From: Candidatus Hermodarchaeota archaeon
GTDB lineage: Archaea > Asgardarchaeota > Hermodarchaeia > Hermodarchaeales > Hermodarchaeaceae
DNA length: 64,000 nucleotides
Direction of reading: 5' to 3'
NCBI GenBank assembly: GCA_016839365.1
Contig: JAEOUH010000029.1
Span: forward strand, 1-64,000
Part shown: piece after piece, positions 10,448 to 20,195 of the stretch
Position numbering within the stretch: the stretch's first letter is position 1
How the letters are laid out: each line of letters begins with the position of its first letter
Position numbers and translations under genes: made by a program
Notes under the pieces: generated by a model
The model's database searches: none
What the model saw: only the letters and a program-made list of their open reading frames with translations
Told to the model about the DNA's origin: nothing

Positions 10448-11758
10448 ATGCCGAAAAAAGTTGGAATCCGTCGAGAAGATAAAGCCTTCGAGCTTCGTAC
10501 TCCCATTGTCCCCTCCGACGTTCTGAAGCTAGCCAAGGAGCATGGATTTGAATTTGTGGTGGAACCATCAGAACAACGGGCTTTTTCCGAGGAGGCATAC
10601 AGGGAGGTGGGAGCCAGCGTAGGAGATCTTCATGGAACCGAACCTCAAGTCATCTTCGGGATTAAGGAAATCCCCAAAGAGGTTTTCGAACGTGAGAAGG
10701 TGTATTTGTTCTTTGCCCATGTAATCAAGGGTCAAAAGTATAATATGGCGATGCTAAAGCAAATCCTTGATGTGGGAGCTTCCCTCATCGATTATGAGTG
10801 TATCGTCGAAGTTGAAACTGGGCGTCGGCTTGTCTTCTTTGGAAACTGGGCGGGATATGCTGGAATGGCTGAAACGTTGCGAGGCCTTGGTGAACGGCTT
10901 AATGAACAAGGAGTCGCACCAAATCCGTTTGCAGATCTAAAGCCTACCTACCAATATAGCGGCATTGAAGAGCTTCAAACAGCGGTTAGTGCCATTGGTA
11001 AACGGATTCAAGCCGAAGGGTTTGCTTATGAACTAGCGCCCTTGGTGGTTGGTTTCATTGGATATGGGAATACCTCACGAGGTGCGCAAGCTATCTTCGA
11101 TTTACTTCCACACAAAACCGTTTCACCAGCAGAATTACCCCACCTTACATCCGATAACCATCTCTTATACAAGGTGGTCTTTCGAGAAGAAGACACGGTT
11201 CGCCCTAAGGATTCCAAAGCGACATTTGACCTGCAAGATTACTATGACCACGGAAAAGCCACATACCAATCTGCCTTTCCCCAATACCTCCCAAACATAT
11301 CCGTTTTGATGAACTGTATATACTGGTCAGATAAGTACCCCCGGATGGTTACCAAACAAGAACTGAAGAAGCTATGGAATCAAACTGGTGGAAAGCCGAG
11401 GCTTATCATCGTTGGTGACATTAGCTGTGATATCCATGGAGCTATCGAATTCACGGTGCAATGCACCAAACCAGACCATCCAACCTTTGTTTACCATCCC
11501 GATATGGATGAAGCGACTATGGGCATTTCTGGTGACGGAGTTGTTGTTATGGCAGTTGACAACCTTCCAACGGAACTACCCCGGGATGCGTCCACCTCCT
11601 TTAGTGAAACCCTTCAACGGTTCATCCCAGCGCTTGTTAATGCCGATTATAGTGTGCCCTTTGAACAGTTGGACTTGCCCCCAGAAGTGAAAAAAGCCGT
11701 TATCGTGTATCGGGGCACCCTTACTCCCGAATATGAATATCTCAAAAAGTATTTGTAG
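10448..11758 (+). CDS. Lysine-ketoglutarate reductase (LKR)-like saccharopine dehydrogenase, AlaDh/PNT fold
   Basis: IRREDK, FFAHVIKGQ, LIDYE, GYGN..RGA, IYW...YPR, GDISCD, AVDNLPTELPRDAS, as in the LKR domain of AASS. Confidence 0.88.
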   Translation: MPKKVGIRREDKAFELRTPIVPSDVLKLAKEHGFEFVVEPSEQRAFSEEAYREVGASVGDLHGTEPQVIFGIKEIPKEVFEREKVYLFFAHVIKGQKYNMAMLKQILDVGASLIDYECIVEVETGRRLVFFGNWAGYAGMAETLRGLGERLNEQGVAPNPFADLKPTYQYSGIEELQTAVSAIGKRIQAEGFAYELAPLVVGFIGYGNTSRGAQAIFDLLPHKTVSPAELPHLTSDNHLLYKVVFREEDTVRPKDSKATFDLQDYYDHGKATYQSAFPQYLPNISVLMNCIYWSDKYPRMVTKQELKKLWNQTGGKPRLIIVGDISCDIHGAIEFTVQCTKPDHPTFVYHPDMDEATMGISGDGVVVMAVDNLPTELPRDASTSFSETLQRFIPALVNADYSVPFEQLDLPPEVKKAVIVYRGTLTPEYEYLKKYL

Positions 11759-11795
11759 CAAAAAATAGGAAGCAGAAACAAGGAGGAATACTGGG

Positions 11796-13118
11796 ATGCA
11801 ACATGTTTTGGTACTCGGTGCCGGATTGGTCGCTCGCCCCTATGTCCAGTACATGCTCGATCATGACTACCAAGTTACTGTTGCTAGTCGAACTGTCAGT
11901 AAGGCGATGAATCTCATCGGTGACCACCCTAACGGGGAGGCGCGAGCCTTCGATATTAGTCGGCAATCCAAAGACCTGAAGGAACTGGTAAAACCAGTTG
12001 ACTTAGTCGTTTCCCTTCTTCCGTACACCTTCCATGTGCAGGTGGCCCGAGAATGTCTCCGGTACAAAGTGAACATGGTGACTACCTCTTATGTGTCAGA
12101 TGAGATGCGGACCCTTGATTCACAGGCTAAACGCGCTGGCATTATCATCCTCAACGAGTGCGGAGTTGATCCTGGTCAAGACCATATGTCCGCCATGAAG
12201 ATCATCCACCAAGCCCAAGCTGAAGGCGGGAAAATTCTCGAATTTACGAGTTTCACAGGCGGTTTACCAGCACCAGAAGCAAATACCAATCCCTTTGGGT
12301 ATAAGCTCTCCTGGAGCCCCCGAGGCGTATTACTTGCTGGGCGCAACTCAGCATTATTCCAAAAAGATGGACAACATATCCAAATTCCAAGTGAGGAATT
12401 ATTCAATAGCTGTCACGTTGAGTATGTACCAGAACTCGGCGATTTTGAAGGCTATCCCAATCGGGATTCCTTACAGTACATTGACATCTATGGACTCCAA
12501 GGTATCCAAACCATGCTACGTGGAACACTCAGGTATCCTGGATGGTGTAAAACCATGTACAACATCGGGCAACTTGGTCTCCTTGAACTCGAAGAAGAAA
12601 CCCTCTACGACATGACCTACGCACGCTTCTTACGCAAGTATCTAGGACTCCCAGCTAGCTCAGACCTCAAAGCCGAGGTTGCTGAACGGTTAGGTCTCCC
12701 AGAAGATGATGAGGTGATTGAGCGTTATGAATGGTTGGGATTGTTTAGCAACCAATACATTCCACTAGATCAAGGTGCGCCCATCGATGTTCTTGTTTCA
12801 CTTTTTCAAGAGAAACTACAGTATGCTCCCAGAGAGCGGGATATGATTGTAATGCAACACCAGTTCACCATTGAGCACACAGATCATTCACGTGAACACA
12901 TTCGATCCACACTTATCGATTATGGCATCCCGAACGGGGATTCATCAATGAGCCGCACTGTTGCACTTCCTGCCGCGATTGCCTCACATCTGATTCTAAC
13001 GGGCAACCTAGAACTGAAGGGTGTCCAAATCCCCATTCTTCCAGAACTCTATGAGCCGATTCTCAGTGAATTGGAAACTCTGGACATTCGATTCAGGGAA
13101 GAATTCACAAAAACCTAA
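11796..13118 (+). CDS. Saccharopine dehydrogenase (glutamate-forming; Lys9/AASS SDH-domain-like)
   Basis: GAGLVA, NECGVDPGQDHM, GGLPAPE, YKLSWSPRGV, YPNRDS, RGTLRY motifs. Confidence 0.92.
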   Translation: MQHVLVLGAGLVARPYVQYMLDHDYQVTVASRTVSKAMNLIGDHPNGEARAFDISRQSKDLKELVKPVDLVVSLLPYTFHVQVARECLRYKVNMVTTSYVSDEMRTLDSQAKRAGIIILNECGVDPGQDHMSAMKIIHQAQAEGGKILEFTSFTGGLPAPEANTNPFGYKLSWSPRGVLLAGRNSALFQKDGQHIQIPSEELFNSCHVEYVPELGDFEGYPNRDSLQYIDIYGLQGIQTMLRGTLRYPGWCKTMYNIGQLGLLELEEETLYDMTYARFLRKYLGLPASSDLKAEVAERLGLPEDDEVIERYEWLGLFSNQYIPLDQGAPIDVLVSLFQEKLQYAPRERDMIVMQHQFTIEHTDHSREHIRSTLIDYGIPNGDSSMSRTVALPAAIASHLILTGNLELKGVQIPILPELYEPILSELETLDIRFREEFTKT

Positions 13119-13197
13119 TGCCCTCCTAATGGCTTCAAGAACCTTTTAGTAGCCTCCAGCACCTTGCTAGATAATGGGAAATATGAGGTGCTTTTGA

Positions 13198-14169
13198 ATG
13201 GAACGAAAGACCTACTACATCGTCATCCTTGTTATGATTCTAGTAATTTCTCTCGATATAATCTGGGCGATTTTAAACTATGTTCTACCAGTGATATTTT
13301 TCGGATGGATTGAAATCAGTCCTGTCATTCCAGGGAGCGCTGTGACGGACTGGTTGATTCTTTTTTATCTGCTTCCAGTGTTAGCCATCCCCTTCTATTT
13401 GTGGATGGCGGTGGTTACTCCTCGATGGCTTGTATTACCCCTAAATCGAATTCTTAATCCTGGTAGTGAGACGTATTATTATGGTGTACCGACAACCAAG
13501 CCAAAACCACTCTATAGTGTGTTTCGTAGAGCAGTTTTCGCACTACTGCTATCTTTTGGTTTATCACTCGCCGTAGCAACCTATATCGGACCCCTATTCA
13601 TAATATGGAATCCTAGCCTTCCTTTAGCCGTCAACACGTGGAACACAGCCGCAGTAATTTTCCCGATTGCTTTTATCGCCCTGGGAGTTATTTTGCCTTC
13701 TTCATGGTTGATTGATGATACTAAGATACTTTTTCATAGTCAACCACCTAGTGGCTCCCAGGAACTCTTCAGCGCAGGACGTGTTCTAACTTATCTATTG
13801 GCAGGTTATGCAGGAATATCAGTCCTCATTTTCTATGGATACATTATCATTTACATTGGAATAATCTATGCTACTACTATCGTCACTCCACCATGGCCTT
13901 GGGTACCACCATGGTTTGTTGTGTTGATTACCTTACTGAATCCCTTCATCTTCATCTACATGCCACTGCTTATGCTCTTAGCATATGACCGATATCTTCC
14001 GAGCCTAATGAGACGTCTCAGGGCCTACATGGATTCAAGAGGAACACAACAGCTCTCAACAATGTGTGTGGTAGATGTTGATATTACCGAATTCCTCGGA
14101 GTCGAGAAAGTGAAAGAAGGTTTGGAAAGAGCCACTTCGAAAGTGCCCGAAGAAGACGAGTTTACGTAG
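13198..14169 (+). CDS. Hypothetical polytopic membrane protein
   Basis: About 6 TM segments; GAGGTG RBS. Confidence 0.75.
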   Translation: MERKTYYIVILVMILVISLDIIWAILNYVLPVIFFGWIEISPVIPGSAVTDWLILFYLLPVLAIPFYLWMAVVTPRWLVLPLNRILNPGSETYYYGVPTTKPKPLYSVFRRAVFALLLSFGLSLAVATYIGPLFIIWNPSLPLAVNTWNTAAVIFPIAFIALGVILPSSWLIDDTKILFHSQPPSGSQELFSAGRVLTYLLAGYAGISVLIFYGYIIIYIGIIYATTIVTPPWPWVPPWFVVLITLLNPFIFIYMPLLMLLAYDRYLPSLMRRLRAYMDSRGTQQLSTMCVVDVDITEFLGVEKVKEGLERATSKVPEEDEFT

Positions 14170-14222
14170 ATATTCTTCAGCGTCCGGCAGAGCAATAGGT
14201 ATCCTCACCGTTACTATCGCTT

Positions 14223-14816
14223 ATGGATTCCGTTCGCCTTTCCCAACAGATGAAATTCATTGCCGAAATTGATAAACTGAAAAAAGTGGTCCGCGAATCA
14301 TGGCTAGTTGATGCGACCCGAAAAGAAACCGATGCTGAGCACTCCTGGCACATCATGGTGATGGCCCTCTTACTCAGTGAGTATTCAAACCAAGCCAACA
14401 TCGATGTGTTCAAGGTCATGAAGATGTTACTCATCCATGATGTCGTGGAAATCGATGCTGGAGATACTTTCATCTATGATAAAGAGCATGTCAAAGACCA
14501 AAAAGATCGTGAGCGCAAAGCAGCCCATCGGATCTTCGGGTTGCTCCCACCAGACCAGCGTTCTGAGTTCACGGCGTTGTGGGAAGAATATGAAGCCCTA
14601 AAAACGCCCGAAGCCAATTACGCACGAGCCATCGACTCCATGCAACCATTATTACTCGCCTACCTTAATGGGGGATGCTCATGGCGGATACACAGCATCA
14701 TCAAATCCCAGGTTATTGCCACCAAGAAACACATGGGCAACGGATCCAGCTCCCTTTGGGAATATACCCAAGACCTCCTGGATGATGCTGTGAAGAAAGG
14801 CATACTCAAAGAGTAA
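14223..14816 (+). CDS. HD-domain hydrolase (HDDC2/YfbR-like)
   Basis: EIDKLK, E.DAEHSWH, IHDVVEIDAGD, LWEEYE motifs. Confidence 0.9.
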   Translation: MDSVRLSQQMKFIAEIDKLKKVVRESWLVDATRKETDAEHSWHIMVMALLLSEYSNQANIDVFKVMKMLLIHDVVEIDAGDTFIYDKEHVKDQKDRERKAAHRIFGLLPPDQRSEFTALWEEYEALKTPEANYARAIDSMQPLLLAYLNGGCSWRIHSIIKSQVIATKKHMGNGSSSLWEYTQDLLDDAVKKGILKE

Positions 14817-14893
14817 GCCAACGGATACATCCAAGGTTTCAACGTTTTTTAGCATCCGAAACATTCAAACAAACCAAAAGCCACGCCCTACCC

Positions 14894-15847
14894 ATGAAGC
14901 TCGGAGATATCTACCATCTGATAGTCGAAATGGGGATAAAGGCTGATCCCCGTGGCGAAAAGAAAGTCCAAAAAGTACTTGAGCACTCCAAAAAGAAACT
15001 CGATAAACTCGAAGGCAAGAAGAAGGAACTAGCGGACAAAGATGCTACCTGGAACCCCTATACAGATTGTCGGTTACTCTATGGCGACCCAGACCGAGAA
15101 ATCAAAAGCATCCTCGCAGGAATTGACATTACCCCTGGTGAAGTTGTTCTAGCGGACCGACTTGGAGAGAAAGGGAAGAAAATCGATTTGATCCTAGCCC
15201 ATCACCCGCATGGCATCGGTACGTCACATCTCGATTTCGTAATGCAATTGCAACCTGAACATTGGGCAAAAGTTGGTGTCCCTATTGCTCAGGCCGAATC
15301 AGCTATGACAAAGCGCCTGAAAGAGGTTCACTGGGCAACTAAGGTCCGGAACCATACTCAAACCATTGATGCAGCCCGGCTGCTAGACATGCCCTTCATG
15401 TGTGCACACACCCCAGCCGATTCGCTGGGATACCAATACTTGACGAAATATCTCAAGGACAAGGATCCCATGACACTTGGAGATCTCGTCGACACACTCC
15501 TTCAAATTCCAGAATACCAAGAAGCGGAGAAAGTCGGAGCTGGGCCTGAAATCTTTGTGGGTAACCCTGAAGGGAGTGTCGGTGAAAAGTTTGTCTTCTT
15601 TACAGGTGGAACAAGCCCGGGACCCGAATCGATCCCCAAATTGGCAAGGGCGGGTGTCAGTACCATAATTACAATGCACTGGACCGATGAGCTCAAGAAG
15701 GAAACCGAAAAGGAAGGGATTTACGTCGTAATTGCAGGACATTCCAGTTCTGACTCAATTGGTATGAACCTGATTCTTGACGATTTGGAGAAGAAGGGCG
15801 TCAAACCTTATGCTTGCTCTGGATTCTTTCGATATAAGCGAGCCTAA
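14894..15847 (+). CDS. NIF3/YbgI family dinuclear metal-centre protein
   Basis: AHHP, HTPAD, MH, AGH..SDSIG motifs. Confidence 0.88.
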   Translation: MKLGDIYHLIVEMGIKADPRGEKKVQKVLEHSKKKLDKLEGKKKELADKDATWNPYTDCRLLYGDPDREIKSILAGIDITPGEVVLADRLGEKGKKIDLILAHHPHGIGTSHLDFVMQLQPEHWAKVGVPIAQAESAMTKRLKEVHWATKVRNHTQTIDAARLLDMPFMCAHTPADSLGYQYLTKYLKDKDPMTLGDLVDTLLQIPEYQEAEKVGAGPEIFVGNPEGSVGEKFVFFTGGTSPGPESIPKLARAGVSTIITMHWTDELKKETEKEGIYVVIAGHSSSDSIGMNLILDDLEKKGVKPYACSGFFRYKRA

Positions 15848-15924
15848 CCAGAATTTAAGCCTTGAAAGAAAGGAAGGAGCCGGTGAACAAGCTGTCCAAC
15901 CGGCATGAATTCACTCGATTCCAG

Positions 15925-17157
15925 TTACTTTTCTTCGTCGATGGTTTCTAGTTCTTTCCCTTTGGTTTCATAGGGCTTGGTGAGGAATGACAGCAGTGGG
16001 AAGACCATGAACAAGCCAGCTATCACCCAGAAAACAAGCCAATTACCTGGGAAGAATAACAACAGTAGTGCAGCGATAAGTGGAGCCAGAATATAGCCGA
16101 GTCGGGATGCTGAAACGGCAATACCGATACTTGAAGACCGTACTTTCGTTGGGAATATCTCAGTAACGTAGGTATAAATCCAAGCTAGGACCATGGCCAT
16201 GAAGAAGTAGACACCCCAGAAGAAAGCAGGCATAAAGGTGATACCGAGCCCCACGAAGCAAACAATAGCCCCAATAGTTCCAAGGACAAGTGTGAAGTTT
16301 CGTCCCACTTTTTCAAGTAAGATGCCAGAGATTAGTGCACTGATTGGTAACATGAGTCCACCAATGGTGAGGATAGTCCTCCATTGGGTTGGGTCTGGTA
16401 ACACGGCTGTGAAGAAGACACCGGACCAGGTCGTTCCAAGTTTGAAGGAAATAGTCCACATTAGATAAACTAATGATGCAATACCAACATAGAGGAGGTC
16501 TCTGCGGCCCAGTGACCGAAGGGCTTCTATGACACCGAGTCGCTTCTCGCGTTTTTCATGCGCCTCTTTCCATCGGTAAGTTTCTTGCATAAAGATCCAG
16601 AAGACCAGTAGGATTAGGCCAAAAATACCCATTACACTGTATCCCCATCGCCATCCAAGTGCATCCATGAGCAGGGTGCCAAGGAGTGCATAAAGGGGAA
16701 TGACGCTGATGAGAAAGGCGATGCTGTTGTAGAGTCCACGGCGCTTTGCAGGGGCTTCTTCGGTGATTGGCACTTCCCAAAGGTTCGAGGTTGTGCCCAT
16801 GATTGCTATGCTATAGAGCAATATGAAGAGGAAGAAGTTGATCGGGGTCGCGATTGAGGGCACGAATAAGATGAGTAGCGAGGGAAGGCCCATGACGAGA
16901 ATGAGCGCGAGTATTCCGATTTTTCGTCCGAAAGAGTCAGCGAACCAGCCAATGAAGAATACTAGAAAGACGATGACGCCAAAGGCGCTTTGCCAAAAGC
17001 CAAAGAGCCATGGCGTTGCAGCTAAACCAGCTTCTGCCAATATGAACGGGGCAGCGTAACTTTCGATGAGTGAGACCCAGACATCTAACTGGCCCACAAG
17101 ACCCATGAAGAGGACGAGAAAGAACATGTATTTGCCAGAACGTTTCATTTCTGCCAT
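15925..17157 (-). CDS. MFS transporter
   Basis: GWFADSFGRK motif A, EEAPAKRRG, EIFPTKVR; about 12 TM. Confidence 0.92.
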   Translation of the reverse strand: MAEMKRSGKYMFFLVLFMGLVGQLDVWVSLIESYAAPFILAEAGLAATPWLFGFWQSAFGVIVFLVFFIGWFADSFGRKIGILALILVMGLPSLLILFVPSIATPINFFLFILLYSIAIMGTTSNLWEVPITEEAPAKRRGLYNSIAFLISVIPLYALLGTLLMDALGWRWGYSVMGIFGLILLVFWIFMQETYRWKEAHEKREKRLGVIEALRSLGRRDLLYVGIASLVYLMWTISFKLGTTWSGVFFTAVLPDPTQWRTILTIGGLMLPISALISGILLEKVGRNFTLVLGTIGAIVCFVGLGITFMPAFFWGVYFFMAMVLAWIYTYVTEIFPTKVRSSSIGIAVSASRLGYILAPLIAALLLLFFPGNWLVFWVIAGLFMVFPLLSFLTKPYETKGKELETIDEEK

Positions 17158-17349
17158 TTTTGGTGCCTCGTAAACCCCTTCTAAGCGTGGTCTTGTTATT
17201 TAAACACACTATGTGACAGTCTTTTCCACTGGTTTTACGAAAGATACCTAAAAACACCCAAGGTGTTCTGTTTTTTGAACAGTGGTCGGTTGGCTGTTCA
17301 AACCCTTAGGATATTATGTTAGGCTTGACCAATATGGAGTATACAGATT

Positions 17350-17853
17350 TTGCAACCGAAGTGGTTAACTATGCAAAGGAAAAGTAAGCTCATTGTCACA
17401 GTTGTTTTGGTTGCAGTTGTTACCACGAGCATTCTTGCCGTAGGTTTGATATCTTATATGAATCAGCCCAGCCTCATCCTGACCGGTACCCTTTACTTTA
17501 ATGATTCAGGGGATCACCATGGCGGTTTTGAAATGGCTATGCAATGGAATATCACGTTATTCCTCAAGGAGGATTTGGGACGACTCATTGTCACACCAGA
17601 ACCTGGTTACATGTGTAATGATGTATTGCTAAAGTGGAGTTATAGCATCGTCGGATTCCAAATGTCGGAGCAGAATATTGTCATGGCAATCGATGGTCAT
17701 TCGGTCGTCTTAGAATTTGTCGAAAATGAGACGATATGGAATAGATATCATAACCATTACATCAGTGCAACACCTGATCTATCCCCAACCATTTTCCCTG
17801 GATTCCTGAGCCATTACTATGTCGAATTGCGTCTAGCTCAGATTCCTCTATAG
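17350..17853 (+). CDS. Hypothetical N-terminally anchored extracellular protein; ATG at 17371 likely
   Basis: Basic N-terminus plus TM, followed by a beta-rich domain. Confidence 0.65.
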   Translation: MQPKWLTMQRKSKLIVTVVLVAVVTTSILAVGLISYMNQPSLILTGTLYFNDSGDHHGGFEMAMQWNITLFLKEDLGRLIVTPEPGYMCNDVLLKWSYSIVGFQMSEQNIVMAIDGHSVVLEFVENETIWNRYHNHYISATPDLSPTIFPGFLSHYYVELRLAQIPL

Positions 17854-18049
17854 GAACCGGAGTAGCTGTGATGTGACTCGGAATATTAGGTTCCTATATC
17901 AGCAAGTAGAAACATCCGCGAAACCCAAGATTAGCTAAGCCACTCGTGTATTAGGAAATCATCCATTAAGGCATCAAAAGAAATTCCAATAGGTGTTATC
18001 ACTATCTAAGTAGATTACGTGTGGTGCGGAATTTTGAGAGGAGTATCCT

Positions 18050-18550
18050 CTATAATTTAGATCCACAACGCCAGCAAAATCGATCGTCGCCAACGATTTC
18101 GGCACTACAGCTGGGACACCGGGTCACTACGCGTACGGTCGAACGTCCCATAGGTGGCACCGTTGTAGGTATATAACCCGTATATTCTGATGGTGTTGGG
18201 ACAAGTGCGCCGGCAATGAGTACGAGAAGTCCTGGAACAAAGCCGATTGAGAACACTAAGGCGAGAATCCCGGAAACAATTAATCCAGTCTTATGCTGAG
18301 CAGGGAAGTGTCGCCAATTGAGCCAGAGTACTCCAAAGATCAGCCCGATTACCCCGAAGATTCCGAAGAGAAGAAGCGGGATTAACATGATCCACATGGG
18401 AGTATACATCATGAAGTAGGGGTCGTACATCAACGGCCAAAGTATGAAGCTGAATGCCACAACACCAAGGACAATGAAGATCATACTGAAAACAATTTGA
18501 AGGATTCCTGCAACAAGAGTTAATGTTGAAGCAGTTTGTGCATCAGCCAT
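18050..18550 (-). CDS. Membrane protein with C-terminal zinc ribbon
   Basis: TM segments followed by CPSC...CWRCG. Confidence 0.85.
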   Translation of the reverse strand: MADAQTASTLTLVAGILQIVFSMIFIVLGVVAFSFILWPLMYDPYFMMYTPMWIMLIPLLLFGIFGVIGLIFGVLWLNWRHFPAQHKTGLIVSGILALVFSIGFVPGLLVLIAGALVPTPSEYTGYIPTTVPPMGRSTVRVVTRCPSCSAEIVGDDRFCWRCGSKL

Positions 18551-18626
18551 TCACATAACATCTCCAATGAAGAGAAACTATTGAGTTCTACTAAATACGT
18601 CCTTTTTAGTTATTGGAATGGGACAC

Positions 18627-19508
18627 TCATTTTTGTAGACTAAGAAAGGGTCGCCGTTTCTCAAACAGCACTAGCGAACTAGCAAATGTGCCCCTTTTCA
18701 ATCCGGGAATCTCCCCACCCGCTTGAAATGGTGGGGAATGAAAACACAGCATGCCCTCAGCCTGCTCCTCCTTTGCTACTTGAAGCTGATGCGAGAGTGC
18801 TGAATAGAATGAAGGGACATCTAATGCGTAAATCGTTGAAGCCCACATTGGCGCATCGTGGAAGATCTGACTATAACCGAAGGCCAACGCCCCTCCTTGA
18901 CCCGTTTCTTCGGTTCTCCAGAACCGAAACTTGTTGCTCAATGACGAGAAGAGCTCCCTGGTTAAATCGAACGCATGCCAATAGTAGACAACAATACCAT
19001 CAGTAGTTAGATCTGGATTAGCATTAAGAAAGTCGTAGGCTTCATCCGAGTTGCACGCTCGAATGGGAACAGAGTCGTCCTTCCATCGTATTCCCCGATA
19101 GTTCCCCTTCCAAAAAAGTTTCATTTGTAGGACTTGGTGCATTCCAATCTGGGTTGCGATTTGGCGGGTAGCCTCGTTTTCAATGGCAGTAGTGAGTCGT
19201 ACTCGATTGAGATTTCGTGCCTCAGCTTCAGCCAACAGGTGCTGCGTCATTGCCCAAGCGAAGCCCCTCTTTCGGTACCGGAAATGAACACGCATATGCT
19301 CTAGCCAGCCAGTCTTTCCCCCATCGATGACATTGAGGTTCGCAAAGGCGACAATACGACCCTTGTATTCGATAACATAAAGGAAAGAATTCGGATTTGC
19401 TATAAGTTCATCTAGTTCGTAGGGGAGTTGATCATAGCCTCCCCACGTACGCCTAGAAATTTCTAAGATGGCGGGGATATCTGATAATTGGTACTCACGG
19501 ATGTCCAT
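18627..19508 (-). CDS. GNAT family N-acetyltransferase
   Basis: MRVH.RYRKRGFA motif A. Confidence 0.85.
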   Translation of the reverse strand: MDIREYQLSDIPAILEISRRTWGGYDQLPYELDELIANPNSFLYVIEYKGRIVAFANLNVIDGGKTGWLEHMRVHFRYRKRGFAWAMTQHLLAEAEARNLNRVRLTTAIENEATRQIATQIGMHQVLQMKLFWKGNYRGIRWKDDSVPIRACNSDEAYDFLNANPDLTTDGIVVYYWHAFDLTRELFSSLSNKFRFWRTEETGQGGALAFGYSQIFHDAPMWASTIYALDVPSFYSALSHQLQVAKEEQAEGMLCFHSPPFQAGGEIPGLKRGTFASSLVLFEKRRPFLSLQK

Positions 19509-19551
19509 CGTCGTTCTGACCGACCCTGACGATATTTCTTCAACCTAACCA

Positions 19552-20124
19552 TTATGCTCGAGCTTTTTGGGCAAGCTCTTTAGCCCATTTTCGAATGGCA
19601 TCCCAATCCCGAGTATCATAGATTCCGTTTTCCCCTTTGATACCCACAGCTTCTAGTTCTTCAATGAAGAACTTGGCCATTCTCTTATCCAGCCACCCCA
19701 TATTCTCCGGGTTCACCCAACCTCCGAAAATTGCCATCGCAATCGGGTTCAATTCATACTTCGTAATTTCTTCGACAAGATATTTAGTCCACGCCTCCTC
19801 CAATTTCTCCTGTTCGCCCTTGTGCTCGTGGAGCAGCTGGGCAGCCGAGGAAACAAAGACAGCTACCTTCTTACTCGCTAGCTCTTTAGCAAACCTGCGT
19901 AGGAATCCTTTAGCTTCTGATGTCCACCCCGTGAACTTCATTCCGTTACCAATGATAATCAATTCGTATTCTTTGATATCTCGGATCTTGTCTTTCTTGG
20001 CATCGACCACTTTGACCTCAAAGCCTTCTTCTCGAAGGACTTTGCTGATTTCTTCAGACGTTCCCGCAGTAGCGCCATATCGCGTTCCATACACAATCAG
20101 CGTTTTCAATTTGAGATACCACAC
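19552..20124 (-). CDS. Flavodoxin-domain protein (HemG/Flavodoxin_5-like)
   Basis: LIVYGTRYGAT and DTRDWDAIRKWA motifs. Confidence 0.88.
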   Translation of the reverse strand: MWYLKLKTLIVYGTRYGATAGTSEEISKVLREEGFEVKVVDAKKDKIRDIKEYELIIIGNGMKFTGWTSEAKGFLRRFAKELASKKVAVFVSSAAQLLHEHKGEQEKLEEAWTKYLVEEITKYELNPIAMAIFGGWVNPENMGWLDKRMAKFFIEELEAVGIKGENGIYDTRDWDAIRKWAKELAQKARA

Positions 20125-20195
20125 TTGATGGTCATTTGATACATCGATTTAAGTCATTATCTTCCCTAACAATTGAAGTATATTCTTCACTTCGG

